64,000 bases of DNA. Source: Octopus sinensis (lineage: Eukaryota). Numbering within the stretch: the stretch's first letter is position 1; each line of letters opens with the position of its first letter. The DNA is taken from the NCBI RefSeq assembly GCF_006345805.1, contig NC_043006.1, positions 1,116,001 to 1,180,000 on the forward strand. The letters run 5' to 3'. This document shows positions 1-11,127 of the stretch, one piece after another. Under the pieces are notes generated by a model. It was not told the DNA's origin. It did not search any database and was given only the letters and a program-made list of their open reading frames with translations. The position numbers and the translations under genes are program-made.

Positions 1-780
1 GTGGTTGTGGTGTTGGTGGTTGTGGTGTTGGTGGAGGTGTTGGTGGAGATGTTGGTGGTGGTGTAGGTGGTGTTGGTGGTGGTGTTGGTTGTAGTTTTGG
101 TGGTTGTGGTGTTGTTGGTGGTTGTGTTGGTGGTAGTGTAGGTGGTGGTGTTGGTTGTAGTTTTGGTGGTTGTCGTGTTGTTGGTGGTTGTGGTGTTGGT
201 GGTTGTGGTGTTGGTGTTGTGGTGTTGGTGGTTGTGGTGTTGGTGGTTGTGGTGTTGGTGGTGGTGTAGGTGGTGTTGGTTGTGTTGTTGGTGGTTGTGG
301 TGTTGGTGCAGGTGTTGGTGGAGATGTTGGTGGTGGTTGTAGATTTGGTGGTTGTGTTGGTGGTAGTGTTGGTGGTGTTGTTGGTTAGTGATGTTGGAAG
401 TGGTACTGGTGGTGCTGGAGTTGTTGGGGTGGTGTTAGAGGTGGTGAGGTTCGTGGTGGTGATGCTAGTGGTAGTGGTGGTGACATTGTTGTTGTTGGTA
501 GTTGTGGTGGTGGTGGTGGTGTTGGTGGTGGTGGTGTTGGTGGTGGTGGTGGAGGTGGTGTTAGTGATGATGTTGATCGTGGTGTTGGTGTTTGTGGGGT
601 TGATGGTGTTGGTGGTGGTTGTGGTGGTAGTGTTTGTTATTTTGGTGTTGGCCGTGTTGTTGTTAGTGGTGGTGGTTTTGGTGGTAGTGGCGTTGTTGTT
701 GATTTGTTTCTTTCACAATTTCGGTGGTAGTAGTAGTGTGGTGGTGGAAGAGACGATTGGTGGTGGTGGTGTTGGAGATA
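1..780. repeat. (GGT/GTT)n low-complexity tract
   Basis: Continuous ggt/gtt/gta triplets; the overlapping V/G/W-rich ORFs are artefacts. Confidence 0.9.
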
Positions 781-835
781 GTTCGGTTTGTTGTTTTTGT
801 TGTTTAACCCTGGCTAGCTTGCCTGTACAGACCTA

Positions 836-1170
836 CGATCACTACTTTCACCAATACCACCAGCAACACCAACGCCAACACTATTACCATTACCTCCATC
901 ACCATCACAACCACCACCACAACCACCACTACTACCAGCACCACCACCACTATTGCTACTAGTACTACTACTACTAGTACTACTACTACTATCACCACCA
1001 CCACCAGCACCACCACTACAACTACTACAACAACTACTACTACTACAACTACTACGACCAACAGCAGCACCACCTCCACCACTACCACCACAACTACTAC
1101 TACTACTACTATCACCACCACCACCACCATTTCTATAACCATCATTAGGACCACTACTATCAACATAACC
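836..1170. repeat. (ACC/ACT/ACA)n low-complexity tract
   Basis: cac/tac/aac triplets; composition is complementary to the tract at 1-780. Confidence 0.85.
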
Positions 1171-1209
1171 ACATCCGTAGGCATCCCTTTATTTATTTCC
1201 TCCTGCATC

Positions 1210-1295
1210 GTCTACCTAGAGTCACATGGTCTACCTAGAGTCACATGGTCTACATTGGGTCACATGGTCTACATTGGGTCACATGGTCTACCTAG
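1210..1295. repeat. 19-bp tandem repeat, ~4.5 units
   Basis: Units GTCACATGGTCTACCTAGA and GTCACATGGTCTACATTGG. Confidence 0.9.
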
Positions 1296-1713
1296 GGTTG
1301 TATTATCATCACGTTTCGGACGACGAGCTATTGCTGATGTTGTAGTTGTTCTTTAGCCCCAGGCCGACCCTTCATGATGAAATAGACCTGTGAGGAAAAG
1401 CATTCCATCCATGACCAACACATCACGTTTTTAGGAATAGGGGTCGTTTCCTCCAAACAGTAATGTGAGAGTTGAGAACGACTCGGCTGCTGATTGTAGC
1501 GGGTCGAGCATTGGCGTTAGGTAAGGTATACTTTGCGGTAAGGCTGGTGGTGTTGGTGGGAATGGCCGTGGTGGTGATGGTGTAGTGGTGGTTGTGGTGG
1601 TGGCGTTAAGGTGATAACTGTGATGATGATGTTGTTTGTCATTGATGGTTTTGTTGGTAGTGATGATGATGACATCGATGCTGGTGGTGGTGGTGGTGGT
1701 GGCGGTGACGTAA

Positions 1714-1937
1714 GGCGGCGAGCTGGCAGAAGCGTTAGCGCGCCGGGCGAAATGCTTAGCGGTCTTTCGTCTGCCGCTTCGTTCTGAGTTCAAATTCCGC
1801 CGAGGTCGACTTTGCCTTTCATCCTTTTGGGGTCGATTAAATAAGTACCGGTTACGTTCTGGGGTCGATATAATCGACTTAATCCGTTTGTCTGTCCCTG
1901 TTTGTCCTCTCTGTGTTGTGGGTAGTAAAGAAATAGG
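1714..1937 (+). mobile_element. tRNA-derived SINE, family A monomer (probably an Octopus OK/OR-type SINE)
   Basis: A-box-like TGGCAGAAGCGTTAG, B-box GTTCAAATTCC, body ctttcatccttt.ggggtcgat, tail aaagaaatagg; many alignable copies in this window. Confidence 0.85.
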
Positions 1938-2353
1938 TGGTGGTGCTGCTGCTGTTGATGATGATGATGATGTTAGTGGTGGTGGTGATGGTGGTGGTGG
2001 TGACTGTGGTGGGTGTTCGTATTCCAATGATGACAATGGTGGTTGTGATAACTACGTTAGCAATATTAGTGGTAGTGACTAAAGCAGCGAGCAGGCGGAA
2101 TTGTTACCGCTCTCGGAGGAAATGCATAGCGGCACAGCCCCCGGCCAGCCCTTCTCTATTTTTCAAGGCTACCTAGGATTAGATTATAATACGAGCTCTT
2201 CTCTCTCTCTCTCTCTTTCTTTGTGTTTTTTTTTGTTTTACTTAACTTTAACACGGTAAGGTAAGAGATTTTAGGGAAGATTTGGCTGCTATATCTTGCA
2301 GGAAGACAGAACACGTGAAGATTGTCACATCAGCTCGCAATAGAAGAGGCTGT

Positions 2354-2424
2354 TGATGATGATGATGATGATGATGATGATGTGATGATGATGATGATGA
2401 TGATGATGACGACGACGACGACGC

Positions 2425-2463
<39 letters not shown>

Positions 2464-2483
2464 TGATGATGATGATGATGATG

Positions 2484-2528
<45 letters not shown>

Positions 2529-2580
2529 CGACGACGACGACGACGACGACGATGATGATTATGATGATGATGGCAATGAT
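2354..2580. repeat. compound (GAT)n/(GAC)n microsatellite
   Basis: Alternating gat and gac blocks. Confidence 0.95.
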
Positions 2581-2718
2581 GGTGACGATAGCTTTTCAGT
2601 TTCGCCAAACCAGATCGAACGCATGTTACACTTAAAGATAATTCGCGCTCGTAAACGTTTCCCTTACATGCATGACAAAATTTTGCAACGCATTATCCAA
2701 CGTTTCTACCTTTTAACA

Positions 2719-2765
<47 letters not shown>

Positions 2766-2996
2766 TTGTGTGTATGTGTGTAAATATAGGTAGGGTGTAG
2801 TTTCAAGGAAAATAATGTTGTTGCTTTTTGTCTAGAAGGTATAACGAACAACTAGGGGCTCCTTCGTTGTAAGTGATAAATAATAGTACGAGTAGTTTTG
2901 CTTGCAAAAACTCAAAATCATTAGAGTCACTTATATTGCCAGCATTTCTCTCTCTCTACTCCACACGTATACACATATGTAGATGTATATATATGC

Positions 2997-3063
<67 letters not shown>

Positions 3064-3256
3064 TATAGATATATATATAATATATATATATATAAATTTA
3101 ACAATTAAGGATAACTTCTTAATAAGGAATCTTAACAAGAAATTATCAGGTAGTTAGCGTGAAAACCTCATAAGAGAAAAAATTAGAAAATAATTTTTTT
3201 CTTTTCTGAGGCATTTATGTGTAATAATGCCCTCTATACAATATATATATATTATA

Positions 3257-3295
<39 letters not shown>

Positions 3296-3424
3296 TATAT
3301 AATTATATATATATATATAATATATATTATATAGTATGTATGTATGTATGTATGTATGTATGTATGTATGTATGTAGTATGTATGTAGTATGTATGTATA
3401 TATGTATGTATGTATACATACATA

Positions 3425-3870
3425 TGGTGAGGAGGGTGTTTATTGGACACCCTGCGGGATGAAAAACAAAACCCGTCCAAGGGCGGAGGAACTCTTGAGA
3501 GTCAACGGCCATCCAATAAATGTCTCAGGGCTGTATCATGCGCGGGGACATAGAAATAATCGGACTGAATACCCGATCGCGCGGTTAAACCATTGGGAGT
3601 GAAGGACTCCTAGCTTTTGTCAGGGCATCTTTCTAGGAGAAGGTAACTCAGGTAACTGGGATAACTCCGTCATAAAACCTGCGGCTCAGTGGTTACCGAT
3701 GATGTTGACTTGTTCTTCTTTTCGGATTATGGCTGTTGTTGCTTAGTGAGTGGGATTGACTCAGTGCACAGCCTTTCCTCACTTTAAAAAAATCTTCTTG
3801 CACAGGCATTGCACGATAACAACATTGATTAAGCTTCGTGCAATGGCCATACTCGATAACGAGGGGGCAG
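3425..3870 (+). mobile_element. probable 5' leader of an RTE-clade LINE
   Basis: Shares cctcactttaaaaa...gcacagg with 62200-62240, which leads into an RTE-like WNVRTLLD start; shares aaaaacaaaacc and acggccatccaa with 54175-54260. Confidence 0.45.
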
Positions 3871-3878
3871 CCACCATA

Positions 3879-4978
3879 CGAAGGTGCACCCAAAGGAAAC
3901 CGGAATTTTGCTATATTATTTTATTCACTTAGTTTCCCATGTTTACACTTTTATCGCCTTCAAAGTATTCTCTGTTTGAAGCAATGCATAGGTCCAGGCG
4001 CATTTCCCCTTATTCGAAGGGATACCTTTTAATGGCTCTTTTCGTTTTTTTTTCTTCACCTCTTCCACATCTGCAAAAAGTTTTCCTTTAAGGATTCTTT
4101 TCGTTCGGGGGCACAAAAACGTCGTAGGGAGCAAGATCGGTTACATAGCGAGGGTGGATAGGCGGGGTTCATGTAATTTTTAGTCAAAGACTGTCTCACA
4201 TTCAAGCCGTGTGGACAATTCTTTTCTCATCGATAAAACAAATCAGCATCGTTTTGACATTGGACTTAACTTGGCGCGCTTCTCGTTGCGTTGTAACATT
4301 GAATGCTTCCATTGACTTGATTGCTGCTTCGTCTCCGGGTCGTTGCCATACAAGTTCACGCCTTGATTGTGAGACAGTCCTTCAGTTCACGACACGCATT
4401 CAGTTGTGACTGTTCTCGATCTTTCTTGAGCAAGTGAGGCCTAAATTTTGCTGCAACTTTTTTCATTCGCAATTCCTCGTCCAACATTCATTTGCAGGAG
4501 CTTCAGGACTCACCAATCATATCAACAAGTTTATCAATTGTTCGGCGACGGTCGTCCAACACCAGTTCATGAATTTTCATGATGTTTTCGCCCTGAACGT
4601 GATTGATCTTAAAGCGACAAGTGACCATTCCTAAAGCCATACCCAAAACCACTTGTAAACTTGTGTTTGGCTGATGGCAGCGTTCTCAGAAGCTGTCTGA
4701 GTCATGAGAACTGTTTCGGTCGCCATTTTCCCCAGCAGAAAACAGAATATCATGGAAACATGTTGTTCCTTCATTTCAGACATCACAAAAATCGACGAAC
4801 AGGAGAGAATCATTGCCAAACAAAAACACACCAAGTGGTTGTACGACTCCACAGGACGACGCCGGTCAGCAGACTGATACCTGAAGTTCTCATCAAGTTG
4901 CTTCTAGTGGCGGAATACTAAACTTCAACAGGCTTGTCCTACAGAGAATGCTTTCGATTACTTTTGCGTATCCCCTCC
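3879..4978 (-). mobile_element. decayed mariner transposon
   Basis: EQHVSMIFCFLLGKMATET..SQTQVYKWF (HTH), DRRRTI..MKKVAAKF, DPETKQQSSQW, DLAPYD (YSPDLAP-like); degenerate TIRs TA|CGAAGGTGCACCCAAAGGAAACCG and rc TA|GGAGGGGATACGCAAAAGTAATCG. Confidence 0.85.
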
Positions 4979-4989
4979 TACATGTGTCC

Positions 4990-5345
4990 TCTTTTATCCT
5001 TTAATTGTTTTAGTCATTTGACAGTGGCCATGCTGGGGCACCTCCTTGAAGAATTTTAGTCAAGCGTATCGATCCCAGTACATATATATAAATATATTAT
5101 ATATATATATTATATATATATATAATATAAATATAATTAATATATTATATATTTATTATATATATATATATATATCTATATGTGTGTGGTGTGTGTGTGT
5201 GTGTGTGTGTGTTGTGTGTGTGGGTGTGTGTGTATGTGTGTTTGTGTATAATATTTTCTAAGCCACGTACTTATTCTATCGGCTTCTTTTGCCGAACCGC
5301 TAGGTCACAGGGGCGTAAACACAGCAGACCCTTTTGTAAATCGGT
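4990..5345 (-). mobile_element. CORE-like SINE (family B) 3' half, split by microsatellite
   Basis: rc of ggaggtgccccagcatggccactgtcaaatgactaaaac tail and of gcaaaagaagccgatagaataagtac body. Confidence 0.7.
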
Positions 5346-5366
5346 GGTGAAGGAAAATACACACAC

Positions 5367-5413
<47 letters not shown>

Positions 5414-6688
5414 CGTGTGTGTGCAAATGCGAGTCTAGGCAGGATTTTATAACACACCTTGTGTCTCCAAGCAATCTTCAGGACGTGTAGTCACAAAGCG
5501 TGTCAGAAAATCTTGCCTAGACTTGCGTCTCCATGCAAGAATCCGTTAATAGCTCGTGTCTTTATACTGTGTATATTAAATAATGTTCATCTTCACTGGA
5601 CGGTGTACTTTTCTTTATTGATCTTCCCTTAACGGAACAGCAATATATATATATATATATATATATAGTCATTGAGAGTCAACGGCTATTGAATAGGTTG
5701 CAAGACGCAACGAAAATTTTAGAAAAAAGTTAATGAGTGGAAATCGAACCAGTGAGTGTGTTTAGTAATAAGGCACTGAAAATGAATGACTCTCCCTAGA
5801 CACAATAAAATATGCTTCAACACACGAATTCACATAATGAATCTTGCAAACAAAATACAAAAATGAAATATATATATAATATGCGCACGCACACACACAC
5901 ACACGCATATATATCAATCATACCTTTTAATTTTGACATATATTATTGTCTTTAGAGAGCGTCACAAAGTCTTGTTTTTGACTTTGTGTTCCTACTGACA
6001 TATTACGGACATCTGATTAATTAGACAGTAACCAATTCCCCAGCCACACACTCGTGCACACACGCGTACCCTGACAAATACACACATAGACACATATACC
6101 ATATAAAATGTATTAAATTAGGTGTTAAATTGACACAATCTTGGCGTTAACACCTAAAATTTTCTTATTTTTGTTTAGACTCAAGTAAGTTAGACTATTA
6201 GCAAAGGTGTTCAAGGCACGACAAACCCAGAATTTTGGCGAGCATCGCATATCTAGGAGAACATTAAGCAAAGTATCATTAAGCGTTTTAAGGCGGTAAA
6301 ATATAATTTGAGCAAAATTTCGTTGCTATCTCTACCATTTAAAATAACTGTGTTGTGGTTCTAGAAGCTTTGTGGAGAGCCGAAGAGTAGAGTGAATAAA
6401 CAGTATGATCAGTTGAGAAAATCGTTCCGTGTGGGATCACCCTGCCCTATTTGCCGAAGTGGAAGACCTTTAAATTACTGTATTGTGCTACAAAAAGGAA
6501 AGGCACATGATATGATATATTCCTAGATATACTACCACTAATTTGATACGTTTCCATAGAGGAACACCAACTCTTGATACTTTAATTTAACTGATCCTCT
6601 CTGTTAATTAGCAAACTTGAAAGATAGTATTTATATTTCAGATTGTATTGGTCTGTATAACTCAGGTGTTTCGATCTTGATGACACTA

Positions 6689-6719
<31 letters not shown>

Positions 6720-7774
6720 GCTTCAGGTGATTCTTGATCAAAGAGTTATACGATCAAAGTGGTTTTCATTTTCGGCTTCAATCGTTTTTTCAGTTAACTC
6801 TTCATCCATCGTTCCCTCCTTTCTCGTCATTTTTCTTGTAACTCTATCCACGTTCAAAGTGCTTTATAAGAATATGACTGATTGGTACTTATTTTATCGA
6901 TCTTTCAAAGATGAAAAGCAAAACTGACCTCAGCAGAATTTGAACTCAGGACAACCCATCCGATACCAACCTGCCTGAGACCTCCCCCTCGTACTGTGGC
7001 ATAGACATCTTGTTTTCAAGAGTCCTCAGTTAAAATCTTCCATCAGCACTTAATGTTAATTTATGATCCAAACACCACTTAACAATGATTAATTTATTTT
7101 ACTAAATTTTTCATTATTTTCAAAATTAATTGAAGTGAGGCTATTTTATAAGTAAATGCTGCAACGCATTCTCTCCGTTACCCTAATGATTCTGTCTACT
7201 TGTTTAATACATGAATTTTCATTTGAGTGACATCTAACAGTTATTCTTAACAAATCGAGCGACCGCATAACAGATCGCTTGTTGTTGCTATTGCTGATTA
7301 GTACTTGGTCAGTTTTAATCAAGAAGATTCATGTGCATAGCGCTCCATTTGTGACCATCCAGTTTTTGTTTCTTTTCGATCGCATAATCTTATGTTTCTT
7401 TCCATTTTTTAAAGATAAATGTGGTTTGAGGAAGATATTAGGCAGCCACTTCGGCATTCGAGGCCGATGAAGCGTAACGATGCAGAAACGTACGCATCTT
7501 CCGAACCATGACCTCAATGATATGTTTTCTTACATTTTGTCTATGAGGCAAATTTTCTCCCGAGCCTATATCCGCAACGAAAGGTATTCCCACGTCCATA
7601 TACACACGGATGTACTAAATATGATTGTACAAGCGTATATTTTATTCAACGCTGCTTTGTGTGCCCCTAGTTAAATAACTCCTAATACTTTTGTATTCGA
7701 TGTGTGTCTAATATATTCATATTATTGAGTGTGTTGTTTGATTGTATTTGAAGCTTCATGCTGTTGGTCAGATT

Positions 7775-8170
7775 TCGTAGGAGCTATCTTAATTGTGTTG
7801 TTGCACAGCCAGTTTCCAGGTGATTTAAATAGGCTTGAAATAGATGTGACAGTGCGAGAAGAACGAAGGAGAGATGTGGGCATGTGAATTTAATTCCATC
7901 TGCGAATGAACCTATCTGTGTTTTACCGAAATATTGAAAAAAGAGTGGATGAAGGAACGCTTTTCTGTAGTACTTTGTTGACGCTGACAGCAAGTCCCGC
8001 TCCTCCTTGCCTTGAGTACTACAGAAATATAGAAATAGTTGATCAAATACCTGATAGGGTAAATGTCTGACATGAAATATCTGGAGAGGAAAAGGCATAT
8101 TTGTGATTCTGAATTTGAAGATTCTCCGGTATTCACTCGCCTGAAGAGCTGATGTTGGCGAAACATTGAA
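7775..8170 (-). mobile_element. decayed 3' fragment of a non-LTR retrotransposon ORF2
   Basis: Frameshifted pieces RRVNTG..SDIYPI and YYRKAFLHPLFF resemble C-termini of CR1/L2/Jockey-group ORF2. Confidence 0.4.
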
Positions 8171-8259
8171 ATCAAACTGTGCTTATAATTAATTTTAAAT
8201 TGTATTCGGTGAATGTTACTTGTTGCAAGTATGTGTGTGTGTGTATATGTTTATGCACG

Positions 8260-8445
8260 TGTCTGTTTGTTTGTGCTTGTCAGTCCACCATCGCTTGACA
8301 ACAGATGCTGGTGTGCTTACGTCCCCGTAACTTAGTGGTTCAGCAAAGAGCCCGATAGAATAAGCACCAGTCTTGCAAAGAATAATTCCTGGGGTCGAGT
8401 TTTTCGACTAAAACCCTGTCAAATGAGTGAAACAAGTAAAAGAAT
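8260..8445 (+). mobile_element. CORE-like SINE (family B) 3' half
   Basis: gcttgacaacagatgctggtgtgcttacgtccccgtaacttag...gaaacaagtaaaag. Confidence 0.75.
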
Positions 8446-8494
8446 ATATATATATACCACACACACACACATATATATAGTATGTATATATATA

Positions 8495-8534
<40 letters not shown>

Positions 8535-8560
8535 TGTATGTATATGTATATATATGTATG

Positions 8561-11127
8561 ATTGATTGATTGATTGATTGATTCTAGTTTCAGCTTATGA
8601 GCTGTGGCCATGCTGGGGCACCGCCATTGGTGTGTTGCTACTTGGTTTCACTTCATGGAGGCTTTCTAGCAACTGCTATTTGGTGCATGAGAGAGTTCGA
8701 TGCAGCTGCCCTCATCTGCCCCTCCTGCCGTGAAGTTGGTTTCATCTGGGACACCTGACAGGAAGAGATCCAGCTTCATTTTAAAGACATCTGTATCCAC
8801 CCCATGCAGGTCTCTCAGGTTCTTCGGGAGGATATTGAAGAGCTGTGGGCCTCGGAAGCCCAGGCTATCACAGAATCTTGTCCTACATCTTGATGGCAGG
8901 TTTGGAGTCCTAGGCACCACGCAGTGGCGCCCAGTTCTGGCATTTGCGTAACTCTCGATGCCAAAGTTCAGGACACTTCCCTCCAGGATCTTCCAGATGT
9001 ATATTATGGCATATCTTTCCCGCCTACGCTCCAGGGAATATAATTTTAATCTCTTGAGTCTTTCCCAGTAGCTTACATTCTGCATAGAGGCTATCTTCTT
9101 TGTGTAGCTTCGTTGGATCGCCTCAAGTTCTGTGATCAACTTGACACTGGATGGTGACCATAGCTGAGAGCAATAGTCAAAGTGGCTTAGGACAAGTGTC
9201 TTCCAGAGGACCATCATGGTTTCTTGTTCTCTTGTTCTAAAGGTTCTAAGAATCCATCCAGCCAGCCGTCTACATTTCATTGTCAGTTTAGCAACATGTA
9301 CATGAAAGGTCGCGTCATCACTCATGTGAATACCCAGGTCACGCACTGATTGTGCCTCTGGGATTGCAATCCCTCCGGGTCCAGTGTATTCATTGGGTAT
9401 TGCATTCAGTTTTGCATGCTGATAGTATAAAGCTTGAAACTTTCCAGCATTGAACTGCATGCTATTGTTTTTTAGCCCACTTGTATATTCGTCCAGCTCA
9501 CATTGCAGGTGTTTAGTGTCCTCAGGGTTCTGTATTGCCTGTGAAACTTTTGTATCGTCTGCATAACTTGTGATCGTGGCTCTCTGCGTGGCTGAGGGCA
9601 TGTCTGAGAGGGCCATTATGAACAGTAGTGGTCCCAGAACAGTGCCCTGCGGAACACCGCTCACTATTTGTGTGTAATGGAGGTGGAGGTGGCCCCATTG
9701 GCTACTACCACCTGACTTCTATCCTTCAGAAAGTCATGAAGCCATTCTCCCAGTTTTCCAACTATGTTGAGATCACGCAGTTTGTGACATATCATTCCAT
9801 GATCGACTTTATCAAAGGCCTTTGCAAAGTCGAGATATATCACTTCCACATTTGAGTGGTTGAGCAGCCGTTTCAGCACCCAGTCATAGTGTTGTAGGAG
9901 CTGAGTTAAACAGCTTCTCCCTGGTCGGAAACCATGTTGGGTGTCGGGCAGCAAGTCATTCTCTTCAAGGAAGGTGATCAGCTTCCTTCTGACTATTCGT
10001 TCCATGACCTTGCTGATGTGTGAGGTCAGAGAGATAGGTCTATAGTTCTTGGCTTCCGCTCTGCTACATCCTTTATGAATGGGGCATATGTTACCTTCCT
10101 TCAGTTTTCCTGGAAGTTTGCCAGCTGCAAGGAAGCTCTGAAAGAGGAACTGCAGTGGTCTTGCTAGGACTCTCTTACATGCTTTTAGGAGGATTGCCGG
10201 GAATCCATCGGGGCCAGTAGCTGAGTCTGTTTTCATTTCATCTATAGCCTTGGTTACATCGTCTTCCTTTATATCGATGTAATCTATCGTCGCCGCCTCT
10301 GATTTTATATCTGCAGTGGTAAAAAGTCAGTTGGATTGGTGATTTGGAGATGCCCAGGGGGTGGAGTGAAAACACTCTTGAATTGCTCATTCAGTATTTC
10401 ACTTACCCTCATTGGTTTCCTGTAAGTGTGCCATCCTTTTCGAGGAGTGGCCCTATTCTACAGTGCACTGTAGCTGTTTCTTTGGCATACCTGTAGAAAG
10501 CTCTGGGGTTAGATTTTATGTTTTCTATAGCCCAGGCTTCTTTGTCTGCTTTCTTTTTTCATGGGAGAGTTGCAGACATTTTTCGATTTCCAACAGTTTT
10601 ATTTTAGGCGGGACTTTTCACTGCTTTCAATCTGTTTGTTTAGGCGATTTGAAAATTCGTACGCCGTCTCATTAAAATTTTCCTCTCTCTGGGGATTTTG
10701 TTCTTGTGTACAGGGCCTTTCTCTCTGGGACACATTTGTAGCATATGGCTTGCATTACAGACATGAATTGTTGAAGTTTCACGTCGATGTCTGGCGAGGA
10801 GAGACATTTAGGCCAGTTTGTTTGAGGATCTCTTTCTCAATTTGTTTCCAGTTTGCCTTATGGTAGTTCAAGCTGGAAAGATTTTGAGGGTTTCTTGTAG
10901 GCTGCATGTCCGTGCTCTCTTTTGGCCCGTACATGGTCAGCTCTATCATGTTGTGATCCGAGAGTAGTGTCGGTGTCACTTTCACATTATGGATGAGATC
11001 CATGTCATTTGTGAAGCAGAGATCCAGTGTGTTACCTGCCCTGGTTGGTTGGAGTATTACCTGCTCCATGTACAGGGTGTTGATGAGGTTCAGGAGGGAC
11101 CTCGCCTGTCCTCGTTCACATCTTGTC
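8561..11127 (-). mobile_element. 5'-truncated CR1-like LINE (end of endonuclease, RT, 3' tail)
   Basis: Frameshifted ORF2: QPTRAGNTLDLCFTN, GPDGFPA, NYRPISLTS, QHGFRPGRSC, YLDFAKAFDKVDH, SGVPQGTVLGP, YADD; 3' tail ggcggtgccccagcatggcc-hairpin-aaactagaat(caat)n. Confidence 0.95.

Noticed and set aside
142-1208. Val/Gly/His-rich ORFs, and the Y/I, H/T and C/V ORFs throughout the window
   Set aside because: They are translations of microsatellites and low-complexity DNA.
3427-3520. HDV-like or twister ribozyme assignment
   Set aside because: P3/L3/P1.1 order and the J4/2 consensus could not be satisfied, and twister core motifs are absent. Kept only as a generic structure finding.
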